Below the pieces are notes generated by a model, which was not told where the DNA came from, made no database searches, and saw only the letters and a program-made list of their open reading frames with translations. The translations under genes were made by a program, and so were the position numbers. Shown in pieces: positions 25,301 through 40,300 of a stretch of 64,000 nt of DNA (position 1 is its first letter; each line of letters starts with the position of its first letter). Source of the stretch: Octopus vulgaris (taxonomy: Eukaryota); NCBI GenBank assembly GCA_951406725.2, contig OX597817.1:85870001-85934000 (forward strand), read 5' to 3'.

Positions 25301-28300
25301 AAAATGTTACCAAATGAATTTTTTTTTTTAATCTATAAATTCAAAACTTAGAAAAGAAATCAAGTATTAAATCTGAACTCAACCCAATTTTAACATATTA
25401 AAAAAAAAAAGTCATCTACCTACACTCTCTCAAATATGCACATGCTTTATAAGTAGCATACGCAAAATATAAGTAAACAACTGTTCTTTACAGAGCAAAC
25501 AAAAATTTTAGATAAGAGCATCAAGAATATAAATGTTTAATTGGAAAATAAATAAACTGTAAAAAATAAATTAAGATTAAAAGTTGTTTGGTTTATTTTT
25601 GAAGAGGAATATGCACTACACTACATTAAATAAACATTCAAACAGAAAATAATCCTGAGGAAATTATAGGGGTAAAAATAAAAAAATAATTAACTGAATG
25701 AAAAAATATAAAAGAAAATAAAATGTTAAGAAAAATTAATTGTGCAAATGAAAAAGAAAAACTCCACAGGAACAAAGCAAATGTTAGTAACTGAAGAGGA
25801 GCAAAACATAAAATTATTTGAACAGGGATGTCAATTCAAATGTTTTGTTTAATTGGAATTAAGCAAAAGAAGTCTACTTTTAGAAATTTTAAATTCTTTG
25901 TTCAGGCATAGCATATGAAGTGGTGTAGTGTAAGAGTTAAAGATAGAATAAATTTATGTTGGAGCACAGTACCATATTAAGTGGTACAGAGTACAGGTTA
26001 CAGAGAACAAATTTAGGTACAATATAGTACAATATTTGTTCAAGTCAAACTGGAAAATTACATACTGCTTTCATGCCACAACTGAATGTTGGTGTTGGGA
26101 AGTAAATCTAATTCTAGAAGGTAACAGGTCTTCCAATGGGTTTGACAGTAAAGAAAATGTAATATTATTTAGCACTGAATGATAGAATATGTTGAATAGT
26201 TGTCAACCAAACTGAATAAGACATGTAAAGTAAGCTAGACTTGACAGTTATTCCCTAATATCCAGGTGGTTAATTTAACACCTTAGGTCAGTTGATGTAA
26301 AGCTGATTGAGACAGCCAATAAGACTATTGATGCTGGTTGAATTTATTGATTTTTAAGGAACTTCCAGCTTATACCAACAATTGAAAAATAGAAAAAAAA
26401 TTAGTTCTTTGTTGATTATCAATAATGTTACTGTGCTCCAGTTATTGCCACACTGACTGAATGGAGACAATTCCCACTGAATATGAATTTTCTTTCTGAA
26501 AGATTTGTTATCTGTTCTCAATAGTCAGTAAACTGAAGCTTGAAGAATTATGCATCAATGCCAGAAACAAAAGATGCTTGCAACAGGATTTGAACTAACA
26601 GCTCATGAGTCCTTATCCATTTACTCACTTTGCCTCCATACAATTTATAATAAACTTTTTCATAAAATACAATTAGGATTTGTTGAATTAGAGTTAGTAA
26701 AACTGCTGAGAAATGCTGGTTCTGATTTGAATATCAAAATTTGAAAACAAATACTGGTCATTCAACATTTAAACTCTACTTGAAACTTGTACAAAAATAC
26801 TATATATATTTGCTGATGACACTCAAAAATATGCACAGCTAAGCTAAGAATCTCTCATTCATTCAAACTCATCTATTCTCTAAAATAATTCGTTCTTGTT
26901 TGTTCTAACCCTACAATGACTAACCTTGTTTCTTGTCTACATGTATATACTTATTTTGTACTTTTCTCCAAAATAACTCCTCCTTGTTTGTTCTAGACCT
27001 TAAAATGACCTTTCATAAACAGTAAACCTCTATATTAACTCATCAAATAACTTCCAAATTTGTACTCTCCTCCTCTAAAATAATTCCTTCCCTTGTTTCT
27101 TGACTACATAAGGTATATATATATAGGTATTCTGTAGCATTCATTAAAATTTATTTCTTACCTGTCTGTATATCTCTTATCTCTTGTTGCGATAGAGTAC
27201 TTAAACTCAGGCTAGTCTTGCAGAATGGTATACAATTCTCTCTGCCTATGCCCCACAAATAGGCCTACCAAAAACGGACATAAAATGATGATGATAATCA
27301 TCATCATCATACTTCAATTTTGGTAAAAATCCACACATGAATTTTGCAGACCATATCTCTCTCTATATAAACGGCAGTTTGTCTGTGTGCGTGTCTGTGT
27401 GTCTGTTAGGTTGTACCCTCACCCTGACCACGGCTTTCAACCGATTCTAGGGGACGCAACTCGACCTTTTTAACTCTCAAAAAAATTTACCCCCATTTTT
27501 TTGCTATTTTTTGGCTATAACTCTCTAAAAATGCTTTATAGTTATTTCCCTTACAAACCTGAGCAACGCCGGGCGATACTGCTAGTCAATGATAAATAAC
27601 AATTTTATATTTATGATCTACATCTGTAATTTCAAAACAAACTGGTCTTTGAAGAATGCACAGAGCGGGAACAAACAGAAAATTACTAAGTACTTGCATT
27701 TTTCACAAACCATGTAAATGAGAGAGTCTGAACTGAGCCACAACTTTAGTTCATCTAGAATATATTTCCATATGAAATATGTACTTGAATTTCTTTGGTC
27801 ACAATAAAAGACTTTATGTATGATCCTTCTTTACCAAATATTCATTGAGCAATCAAATGTAATAATGTCCCCAAGATCTTATATACTTGCACATGGAGTT
27901 AGTACATCAGTGATTCAATGATAGACTATATATTAATAAATGAAAAGGGAACAGGAATCACATAATTGGCTTCATTAGCTTACAGTTGTTTCTGCCATAA
28001 AGCAATGCACTTAACCAGCTAAATTTAAAATAGGCTTGAGTTTTCAAATATTATTGATCTAGGTACAGGCATGGCTAGGCACAGGCATGGCTAGGCACAG
28101 GCATGGCTGAATGATTCCATTTTCAGTCACATTGTGTGGAATCTTGGACAAAGTGAGTGGAAACTGAAAGGAGCCCTGTGTGTGTATGTGTGTGTGAACG
28201 TGTGTCCTTGGACAGACAGCAAGTGATTATTGTAAATGAATGTTATTCAATATTCTGTAAAAACATGTCTTGCCATAGAGAAATATTACCTTACTCTGAA

Positions 28301-31300
28301 ACAGGTAAGGGTTGGTGACAGGAAATGCATCTGATTTTGGAAAAACTGCCCTCATAAACTCCAGCTGACCCATACAAGCATGAAAAAGTAGATATTATGA
28401 TGATGATCTCTCTCCCACCCCACTCCCTTCTTTAACTCCCTATCATGCATAACTATTACAACTATGTTCTTGTTATTGCATTCACAATTCCTTTTGAAAA
28501 TTGTGCAATAAAGTGGCAGAAGATGCAACAGATAAAGAGGAATACATTCAATATAATGCACAATATGATCTTATGTGTATAAATGGATCCTTTGTGAGAT
28601 TACGGACAGAGATAATATCAACAAACAATAGACTGGAACACTTCTAACTGCAGGATGTCTGTTCTGATACAAAGGTTTACTTTGCCAGAACCATCTCATC
28701 ATGTATTATGGGCAAATAAAAAACATCTTTATTAAATTGTTTAACATGTCAGAATGGCACAATCAGTAGAGCAACAAATAAAATATCTCATAGTATTTAG
28801 TTACTATCACTTTGTTTTGAGCTTAAATTCTGCCCAGGTTTACTTTACATTCCATCCTTCCAAGATGTTTGAAGAAAGTGCCAATTACTAAAAGTACTGG
28901 GACCACTGTAATCAACAAATCCATAGAATGCAGTGCTCCAGCCTGACCACAATTCAATGATTGAACATAAATGACAGTAATAACTAATAATTTAAGCAGC
29001 CTAAAGATTCAGTTTTTATAGTTAGGATTATGTTAAAAAATAATCAACTTGACAAGATGTGATGAATGGTTGAAATGTTCAGATGTATTGTCAACTAAAG
29101 CAAATTTAATAAGCAATCCCATCAACCAGTGCAGCTACGAGAGTTAAAATACAAACTAAAAGGTCTGAAACATCATCCTATTGCAACTAATGTGAACACA
29201 GTTTGGAGTGTTGTAAAAATAAAGAGAATGAGTAATTGATGATCTCAATAAAAGAGGAAATAATATAACAAAAAAGAAGATTGAAAATATACCATACAAT
29301 AAAATAGGTATAAGTTTTAAAATAAATTATAGGATTTTTTATATCATCACCACTGATACTTTAATCCTAATATCTACTTTTACTTTCTCATACAAGCAAT
29401 AACATGCAGAGAATTTTATTTTAAAAAATAAGGAAATTTACTTCAATTTTGTTTATCTAGAAAGAAATAAAGAAAGTGCTGAAGCCCAGCCTCAGAACTG
29501 CAGTAATGTAAACTGTTTGTGAAAATCAAATAACAGGGAAATAATAAACTTCAACTTTTAAGTGTTTGCACCCACTCATTATTATTATTTTGAAATACTG
29601 TGAGGCAGGGAGGGATGAGAATTAGTATTGCAAAGACTGGGACATTGGTCCCCCTCAAGAAAGACTTCTCACTGCACTCTGCATGTTAATGCAACATCAC
29701 TGAGGGCTGTATTCATGAGTGATAAGCAGAAGGCTAAAATGGACATTAGAATTGCAGGTGCTGGCATAGTAATGCACCAGCTCCAGCAATCAATCCTCAG
29801 AAGAGACAGGGTTGGAAAAAAAAACCAAACACACTGTCTTCATTGACCAAAAGTGTACAACTGCAAATACAAACAGCCAAAATGGAGTTCCTTTGAATGA
29901 TCTCTGGAGTAACATTACTCAAAAGGATACATAACTCCAAGATCAGGAAGTTTCTCCAGGTCCAGCTGCTACTTCTCAACACTGAGAGGTTACAGCTCCA
30001 ACACAATGGACATGTGATTAGAATGCCACAGAAAAGACTTGCAAAACAGATTCTTCAAGATGAGCCAACCAGCTGGAGACTTAGTGGTAGACCAAAAACA
30101 AGATGGTTGGATAATATCTATAGTCTCAGTTGGTCACTCTTGGAAATCCAGCTGGAAAATCTAAAGATAGTTATTTCTGACAGGAACCTATGAAAGAAGT
30201 ACCTGATGACTCTACCCCCATGATCATTCCAGAAATAATAAGTGGAAAAGATGGATGGATTTTAAATGATTTTCATCTAAAAATTTTGTTCAGTTTACTG
30301 AAGTATATTTATGTTTAAAACAAATAAAATGGGCTTTTTTTATAATAGACATATAAAAATTGCATGCTTTCTTGTAAAAATATCAAATTAATGTAACTTG
30401 ATATTTTCAAAATGAAAATCAGAGAAACAGATAGATGGAGAAAGAAATACTGGCATTTCCAATCTTTTTAAAGATATAATCCTTCCAAAAACATACACAG
30501 AACCCTTCAAGAATGTGAAAAACTTCAATATCAACATCTAAAAATGTTTCTAAACCTTTTGATACCAACCAGCCTGAGATTGTGTTTTTACCATACAAAA
30601 CATTCCACCATAATATCATACAAGAAACTTTGTTTCCAATCATCAATGTAATATGAAACTGATTAATTTACTAAATTTCTTCAAATTCTCAATTATTTCC
30701 AAAGTTAAGTAAAATACATGAAGTATATTTGGCTAAGAATGTAATAAAAGAGTTAACCTCTCATGAAAAATTATTTTTCCCATAAGTATTTGATATACAA
30801 CTTATCTATGGCCCCCACTCCAATAACTAATACATAAAAAATTGTTAAACCTCATTTATAATCAGAAAGTTAATTTAGTTGTCTGTATGGGGATTCTTCC
30901 AAATATCTCAATACAAACAAGTTTAAATGATGTACCCTGATAGATTTTAGGAAAATTAATGTTCAATTTTATTTATAAATTTATTTTTAAGAATTTGTAT
31001 TCAATCACAAGAGAATACATTATCAATATTCACTACGTTATTAATATTCAAATATTTAAAAGTAATTTCTAAAGTAAGGATTTAAAAACAAAACAGTTAA
31101 CTAAAAAATACTAAATAAAAAAAGCTTATGTGAATATTGTAGTGCTTTTAGATATATATATATATATAAATATATATATATATTATAAAAAAAGCTAGTT
31201 TGAAGAGTCTACCAGGAAATGGAAGGAAAACAAGGCACTTGTAAAGAAAAAACAGGCATGCAAAGAAAAAAATAAACCTAAAATTCCTATTAGTTTTGAC

Positions 31301-34300
31301 ATAAACAATAAGATAAAATTCAGAGAAAATTGGTAACTAATTCCAGTGCATTCGGGTAATTCTTCAGAAAAGACATTCATCATAGGAAAACATGTTTTTG
31401 TCAAGAAATGTTGTTTAAGTCCAGAACCAGCAAAGCAGTATAAATGAAACAAAGCAATTATAATCAAAATGCTAACCTCTCGGTAATTTGTGTAAGGCTG
31501 AAAGATGTTAAAACAATGATCACAAAAAAAAAAACAAATAAACAAAAATTAAGCAACTGAAGAAAAAAAAAAATCAAGCTACAAATTATCAGCAATAAAA
31601 AGCAATAAATAAGTTTACATTGTCATCCAATACAGTTGCTAAGTTTCTCAAACATTCTTTACCAACGAAAGAAAAATATACTTTAACACTAAGAATCACA
31701 TAAATTTTCTAACAACTGTTGAGTTATAATTTACAATTAAGAAATTGAAATGTCAAAAAAAAAAAATCTAAGTGAATAGGGTTTTAGTGCCTTGGTCCAA
31801 GAAATTCAAAACTCAACATTTTCTCTTTAGTTCCTTTGAGTAAGATTTATAAACTACTTCTACCCTATTTACAAGACACTGAACTGGAAATTTGAGCAAA
31901 TAGTTTACAGTGCAATGATTAATGACTATTAAAATAAAACAAAAAACTGTGTTAAGTTTTAGGAAGTGAATGCGAACAATGTCTTTATAGAATGAATGTT
32001 TAACCCTTTAGCATTCAGGTTCCTCTGTCAATTGTAATACTTATTCATTCACATTATTTTGAATTAATCATAGCTTTGAGATTCTGATAATGTAAATATG
32101 ATTTGAATGACATTGTCAGGTAGGTGTAAGAGGCCAGATTTGACCACTTTGACCATAAAACAGGTAGAACATTTTGGGCCAGAAATGGCCAGTTTAAATG
32201 CTAAAGGGTTAGATAAATGAAGCTTTCAAAAGAAAGGCAGCATAAAAGAGATTTGAACACAATAGAAGGAGGTAATGTTAGGATAAAAAAAATCCAACAA
32301 TATAACATTTGATTTGATTGGACATTTCAAAGTATTCATTAGAAGTTAGTATAATTAGTTAATTACACAAAGATTTTACATTAAAGATTCCAATTATTAT
32401 AATCAATGTTGTCTGTAAAATATCCAAAACAGAGTAACTATTTCAAATTGCTCAAGTACCCTGGAAAAGACAGAGTGATCCAATTTCAAATCACTGAAGT
32501 ACAGTGGAAAATAGTCTATCAACCAACTAGTGGATGATATGTTAACAACACTGGAAGTTGTTGACTCCACAGTAAATTGAGCAAAAACAATGACTCAGCC
32601 ATCATTAACATGAAAGAACTTCATGTGTATCAGGCAAATATAACTTTTAATGGTTACCTCTCAATTATGAGGTGGCAATAGCTATTCTCTACAAGGCAGA
32701 CAGAAACAAATCAAGTGATATGTTTTGCCTATATTTGGTCCATAACAGGGTTTGAACTCATCAGACAGCAATTCGTATTTCATTAACCAAAACTACCTAT
32801 CTCTGAAAAACCACAAATGAGAGATTTCCAAGTATCATATTTATAATTTCTACATTTGGATACACAGCTCTATATCAAACTTTTGAATCAAGATTTAAAA
32901 AACAATCAGGTTCAATATCAATAATCTAACAATTTTCAGTCAATCCAAACATAACTCTACCAAAGAGTGGACTATGATATTAATAATTCTGTATTTATTA
33001 TTTAGTCACATATCAACAAACGAGACATTACAATATTAATATATTAAAACAAAATGTACACCTGATGAAATGTAGTTTACATACTTCCACAAAATCTGAT
33101 CCAGATCTGATTGAAAATATTCCCAACTGGATAAATCAATATCTAAACTTAGAATATACAATGAGTTACCATAACTAATGTCTACTGTGTTTGGTGGAAT
33201 TACTGATTCTCTTGAATTTAATTTGAAAGTTACCAGGCAAGAATTAGACATTATAAGAAATACTCAGCTTGTCTTTTACAAATACATAGACATGAATGAA
33301 TAACATTTTATGACATACTATTGAAATATCTTTTGGTTTAACTTTCAAATAAATATTTGTCGCAATTATTTTTTTTTTGATTTTCTGAGATAGTTTTACT
33401 TTAGTCAATTTGAATATGTTCTCAAAGCATATAGACAGATGGTGTCATAAATATAGGCTATCACTTCCCTAATACTTCAGTAGAAGGCTATAAAAATAAA
33501 ATGACAGTAACTCTGATGGAAATTATTCCATTATTAATACCAACCAACCAGTGAAGCCATACTAACAAGAACTAAAATCTATTTCCAAAATGATTTCAGT
33601 TGCCAAGTTTCAAAATGAATGATGTGTGAATTTCAATATAAAAGTAATAAATTCAATAGATTTTCTTTTTGAATGTTAGTCATTAGTAAATTTTCAATCT
33701 CATTAACATATTAAAGAAGAAAAAAAACTAACATTACTGAGATGGCAAAATTACTAATACACAATTAGTAGTATATCTTACCATTTGGTTAGACATTGAT
33801 GTAACCATAGATGTAAGTACATCATCTTAAACACTTGCTACCATAAACATTATATACAGATAATATGTATTGGTTATCTTACAATTATTGTTGGTGTTAA
33901 GAGCAATTAAACATTAGATTTTAGTTGGTTAAGATTTGGACATATTCAACTGTAAGCATCACTGAATTGACAAGGACTTTATTAATCCAGAGAGGGCTCT
34001 GATAGAGCAGCATTATATACTCTGAATAATATTGCAAATGGCTTTACCAAACCTGCCAGGCGAATGGCCTCAAAGTAAATATTCCCCAGAATTTTAAATA
34101 TCAAATCAATTTAAGTTAAAGCTATTGGCCACTCGAGCTCAAACTGCAATAGTAATAATCCAGAAAGCAAACCCACAAGATGGTCTTACCATAATGTAAT
34201 TTGAATAAAACAAAACCAATTAAAGGTAACAAAAAAATTACTTACCCAATACTTTCTATTTCACACGCATGAAGGAATGCTTGATGATCACAGTGTAGTA

Positions 34301-37300
34301 CAAATATTAATGGTGCTAAAAGCTCGTGCATACCCTGAAGAAAGCATGTTTGGTAAGTAAGATATTTCTAATCAAGAACATCATTACAATAATTCAGGTA
34401 AGTATAATTAACAAACATTTCTAGAATCAAACAAACGTAATATTAACTGCAATAGATTACATATTAATTTATTCCCATTTTCATTTTTTTTTCCTACCAG
34501 ATTGATTAAATGAAAAAATACTTTCAATATAAATTCATACATTTAAGGCAGCATCTCTTACCTAATCAAAAGTACCATAATATAAAAAAAGTCACACAGC
34601 CTAATAAAACATCAAACAACTTGAGTTTGGAAGACTATAATAGTAACATTTAACTGAAGGACTATTTTTTCTTCTTCAGTTATCCCTCTCCCAGTTCACT
34701 CTTCCCTCAAACATACAAAACAAAAACTTAACTAAACCAGTTTATCTTGTATTTGTTCTACTCCTCAGTATATGATATGGTGGATCTCTGTTGTTCAACA
34801 ATGCAGATTCAGTTGTTCAATTTACCTGCTCTTGAATTAATGTGTAAATGACTGAGCATCCCAGAGATATGTGCAATCATAATGTAATTCTGAGGCAGAA
34901 ACAGCATAACACATTGTGTGACAAGGCTGTACATTTTGAATTACAGATATAATCTACCTCACAGGCCTCTATCCAGTTTCCAGATACCTCATAAGATATG
35001 AATCAACCAAGGATATAGAAAATGGCATTTGTCCAAGATGCCCTGCAATGGGATGAAATCAAGGACCTCAGATGCGAAGCAAACTTGTCAACCATTTAGC
35101 TATATTGCACCTACTCTTTTACCATATATAGTTATGATTAAAATAATCCTAAAGAAATTAATATGGGAGATATAATTTTTTTTTGTCTATATTTTAAACC
35201 CCAAAGAAAGAACTTAAAGTGTAAATTGGAAAATCCGAGCAAAAAGAAAAAAATTGCTCTAACACTTCAAAAACCTGAGACACAAAAATGAGGATTAAGT
35301 GGAAGGTTAAAAAATTATAGGATTTCTTCAGGTTATATTGAACAATTTGAATCAAGTGTAAGACCAATTTTTGTAGGAATGAGATGTAGATGATTACAGT
35401 TTACCTCTAACTGTGTAAACATATGGGTCTAATGAAGTTTTCTTTCCTACCCAATGTTTTGTGAGCATTTCTTTATTCAATATATCAGAAGTGAGAGGTG
35501 ATTTCGAAAATAGGACTAGCCTGACTAGCTGCTATCAGTTTGTGCTAGTCACCATTGAGACACCAGGTTGTAGGACCCTATACTATGGATTTCCTTTGAA
35601 AAATAGGGATAACAGTGGCCCATTGAAGAAATGAGCCCTGTGAGGTGGAATGGCTGCTGCAGCAAATGTTGCCAGCCATTCTCCATGACTAACCACACTA
35701 TTTGTTCTAGGGTATGTGGCTCATTACCCTCTCCCCCTCCTGCTGCTTTACACCCCCCTTTTCTTTTCCTTTCTTATCTATCTTTTTTCCTGTTTCTTTG
35801 TATTTAAATGTTATAAATAAAGACTGTAAGTATATAATCATTAATTACTGATATATAATTAACATAGGCTAATTATGTTAGCATAATTACATTAAAATTA
35901 ACCTAATTTAAAGAATCCAATTTTATATTTATTACATAAGTTGTTTGCAACAACAAGCAACACAACTGTGCAGCTAAGAAGCTTGCTTCATACCCATATG
36001 GTCCTGAGTTCAATCCTACAGCATGGCACCTTGGGCAAGTATGTTCTGTTATAGCTTTGGGTTAACCAATGTCTTGGATGGAAACTGTGTAGAAGCCAAC
36101 TGAGTGCATCTGTGTATTTTAGTGAAGGATATAAACAGTAGTGACCAAGAACCCCTATCACCAAAAAGAAAATTGTGCTCTGTGAACACTGTCCTTTGGG
36201 ATATTTGTTCTGAATCAAGATACAGGCACTTCTTTGTCATTTTCACCATCAGAAAAGCAATGAATAAGTGATTGGCACATTGGAAAGCCATAACTAATAA
36301 GACTAGTATTCCCTAGTTTGAATAAAAACGTTTTTAAAATTCTTTAAAATCCCTTTATCATTACAGTGTTAGCATTTAAAGAATATTTGTATTTTTGTTT
36401 TTTGTGAACCACTGTCAAATAAAACAAGACAAAATCAAAAATCATTTTATAAACAGTAAAATGACAATAGCAAAAATGTAAGTCAAAGTCACTTTTGTAC
36501 AGAATTCATTCATATAACTTTAAGTGTACCAAATATGTTTTTATTTAACACACAAATAACTTATTTCAATAATTTATTTTAATGCTTTTGTCAAAATATT
36601 TATGTTGAAATACACAGCCTATCTATCAATTTTTTAAAAAACAAAAAAATTAATAAAACATTCTCATAATCAAGTTGGAATATAAATTAACATGAAATAT
36701 TACTCTCTTTTACTTGTTTCAGTCATTTGACTGCGGCCATGCTGGAGCACCGCCTTTAGTCGCGCAAATCGACCCCAGAACTTATTCTTTGTAAGCCCAG
36801 TACTTATTCTATCGGTCTCTTTTGCCGAACCGCTAAGTGACGGGGACGTAAACACACCAGCATCGGTTGTCAAGCAATGCGAGGGGGACAAACACAGACA
36901 CACAAACATATACACACACATACATACATATATACGACAGGCTTCTTTCAGTTTCCGTCTACCAAATCCACTCACAAGGCATTGGTCGGCCCGGGGCTAT
37001 AGCAGAAGACACTTGCCCAAGATGCCACACAGTGGGACTGAACCCGGAACCATGTGGTTGGTAAGCAAGCTACTTACCACACAGCCACTCCTGCGCCTAT
37101 ATGTTGGTAGGTTTTAATTTAGATCACTTTAATTTAAGTCTTAACTTAGATCATAGGAATATTTTTAACATAGAACTGTGGTGTTGAGTTTCAGAAAGGT
37201 TAGCATCAAAAGTGTTAAGTGTAAAACTAAAAAAAGAGAGAGAGAATAAAAGGAAAGTGAAAAAAAAAAAAAAACGCTGCAACAAGGAAACAAAATAAGA

Positions 37301-40300
37301 AAGAAGTGAAGCTGAAGAGAAGGGCAGAACAATGCTTCTAGATACTTAGATAGTATGTGCAACTGTGTGGCTTCAGTATAGTTGGAGGTGGATTCTAGTA
37401 GCCTCACCCACTGATACCAGCCTCAGTTCTGATACTAAAACTCATTTTAAAGCATTCCTAGTTAAGGCCTCTTATAATTTTATGTAAAACACAATGTTAA
37501 CAACTTAATAATGAAAAACATTAGTGTTTTCACAAAAATTCCAGAATATATCCAAAACTAATTGAAATATACAACTAATGTATTCCATTAGAAATAATAG
37601 TCATTGAATGATTACTTTGTTTTTTTCCTCCATCTTCTAACCTGCAATAATTCAAACTAAGAATGCTTATGACATTTTCATTAGAGCACGAAAATTTGTG
37701 TTTTATTGGTTTTTTTTCAAAGAATTAAATTAATGATGGTATATTAACATTAATGTGCTGATTTGAGAAGAAACAACACAAATAATTTCTAATGACATTT
37801 GAACTCGTAGCCAAAACGATCAAAACTAAATATTGTATCATACTCAATAGCCTAACAGTTCAAGTTATTATATTTCTTAAATTGACAAAAGGCCATAAAT
37901 TTTGGATAAGGGATATACTCCCTCATTTCATTGATTATGCTATTTGACTGGTGTATCATATCAATCTCAGAAGGCAGGATGGAAGGTCAAAATGAACTTA
38001 GGTGTTTGAAAGTAGAATGTAAAGGGATGTAACTTGCAGCACATTTTGTCTGGCACTACTGATTCCACCACCCATTACTCCAATAAAGTATAAGTCATAG
38101 ATTTTGAAATAATTGATTAAACCCATTTGATACCAACCTGCCCAAAGATGCCCCAGGTACTATAATACAAATTCCATTTTAGAGTCAAAATTTTATGTTA
38201 ATTTACATTCTAAACACTAGTTTTATGACAAAGTTGCCTTACTAAATTTTTCATTATTTTTTAAATTAATTAAAACAAAATTCAAAGTATTTTAGCAGAA
38301 ATATGGTAACAAAAGAGTTAAATGGATGCCTGATATTTGTTATGTCAATCTCAAAAGGGTAAAATATAAAGTCAACATATGTGGGATTCAAACACAGAAT
38401 GTAAAGAAACATAACCAAGTGCTTTGTTTTAATATTTCTGCTACACCACTGCCAAAAAAATATTGTCAGTTTTTAAACATATGTTTATGACTTTAAAAAA
38501 GGTTTGATGCTTCAAATGCTAGCCATCTAAAAGGTGAATTATTATCTCTAAACCTTATTTTTATAACATTATACATATACTTCAAGCTATTTCATAATAT
38601 AATTTAAATCCAATATTTTCATTTAGGCTGTGTTGATAACTTTGTTGACATATCAAAAAAAAAAATTTAATTACTTTGAAAATTTTATCAATGAAATTCA
38701 TAAACAATAAGTGATCCTGTAATAAAATAAATCATTTCAAATACATTTCTGTATGTTCACATTACCAAACTTAGAGAAGTTTTATTTATTTACTGAAAAA
38801 GTGATAGAAGAAAAGCACCAGGCAAAATATGACACAGATACTTACATTTGATAGCCAGTTAATTTATTAACACAACAAAGAGGGCATTAATCCCTTATAG
38901 ATTATTTAATGATATAGGAATTTAAAACATACACTTATAACAATAATAATAATAATAAATCTGCAACATATCTATGCAAAAAGTCAATAAATTTGATAAA
39001 CAACACTCATGCATCAAAAACAGTGTATGACATAACTACAACAATACATGCAGGAAGGAAAAACACTAAATGTCTGACCAGGTCATCAAAAAGTCATGGG
39101 ATGTTCTGATGAAAACTTCACAAGAGACATATTTGTTGCCTTCAGTTTGTTTTTTAAGTTGTCACACTTTGAAAAACGGATGAAAACTTATTCATCATAA
39201 GCCACAAAAACTTATTCATCATAAGCCACAAACTGTAAGTGTACTATTTCATTATAAGTATTTCATTGACTACATTAAAACATGTAGATATATAAACATT
39301 AATATACTAAAAACGAGGGAATAACAAAGAATATTTAATATAGCCTTTAGTTATATTCAAATATTATATTAAAAGTTTTATATTAGTTGAAATTTAGAGA
39401 AACAGGCAGACAAGACCACAAACTTCAAAAATATAAATTCATTTTTTTCTCTTTGTCCTATATTATTTAAAGGCTAAACTTTATAAGTTAACACTGAAGA
39501 GAGAAACAATACAATAAATAAATCTAAACACCCACTCCTATTAAATCTTCACTTTAAATTTCCGTTGAATCATGTTTAGAAATATACCCAGTCTAAATTG
39601 AAGACACTAAAAACATTACTATGATAAATTTCTTATAGTTTCATTTACAACAAAGGAACCTGAGCAATAGTTTGTAGGTAATCTGAATGATGACAATGAA
39701 ACAAAAGCCATATGACAACATTCTGCCCAGCCAATTACTCTACGATGCAAGCAAAATGTTCATTATAATATTAATTATCTGTTAAAAAAATGAAATTACA
39801 ATCACTAATCAACAATGATTTGATTTTTATATTAAGTTCAATATGCTTATTTGTATCCCATTATTTTGATATCAATTAAATTTGAGAACATAAAATTGGG
39901 TATGGTTTATTAAATACATTTTTTATCCATAAATTTTTAAATTCATGTATTTAGTATATTAATTGGCTAAAAGTTATCATCACAAGATTTACAAAAAAAT
40001 TTAAAAGAAAACAGACTAGCAAGGTCAGAAAATTAATTCATTTCATTTAACTACTTTTAAGTATAATTCCAACCAAAACATGCACATGTCCAAATAAGGA
40101 CCATGCAAGCAAGTTATAAATTATTCTACAGCAAAAATTAAACACATGCTGCTGCTGCTATTTCTTTAGCTTAAAACTTTTCAAACAAAATCATGTAAAC
40201 AAAATGTATTCATTCACACACACACACTGCAATGCTAGTTTAAGAATTAAAGATAAATTATATTATAAACCTCTTTTCAGACAAGAACCTTAAAGAATGA

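Noticed and set aside
26066-26115. Exon candidate with GTATGT donor
   Set aside because: In-frame TGA or frameshift with every available acceptor.
26878-27110. Three diverged 35-45 bp repeats (similar decayed tandems at 32428-32510 and 49314-49368)
   Set aside because: Ordinary decayed tandem duplications.
36700-37064. ORFs of 91 and 65 aa; tRNA-like A/B boxes
   Set aside because: They lie entirely inside a SINE; neither genes nor a true tRNA.
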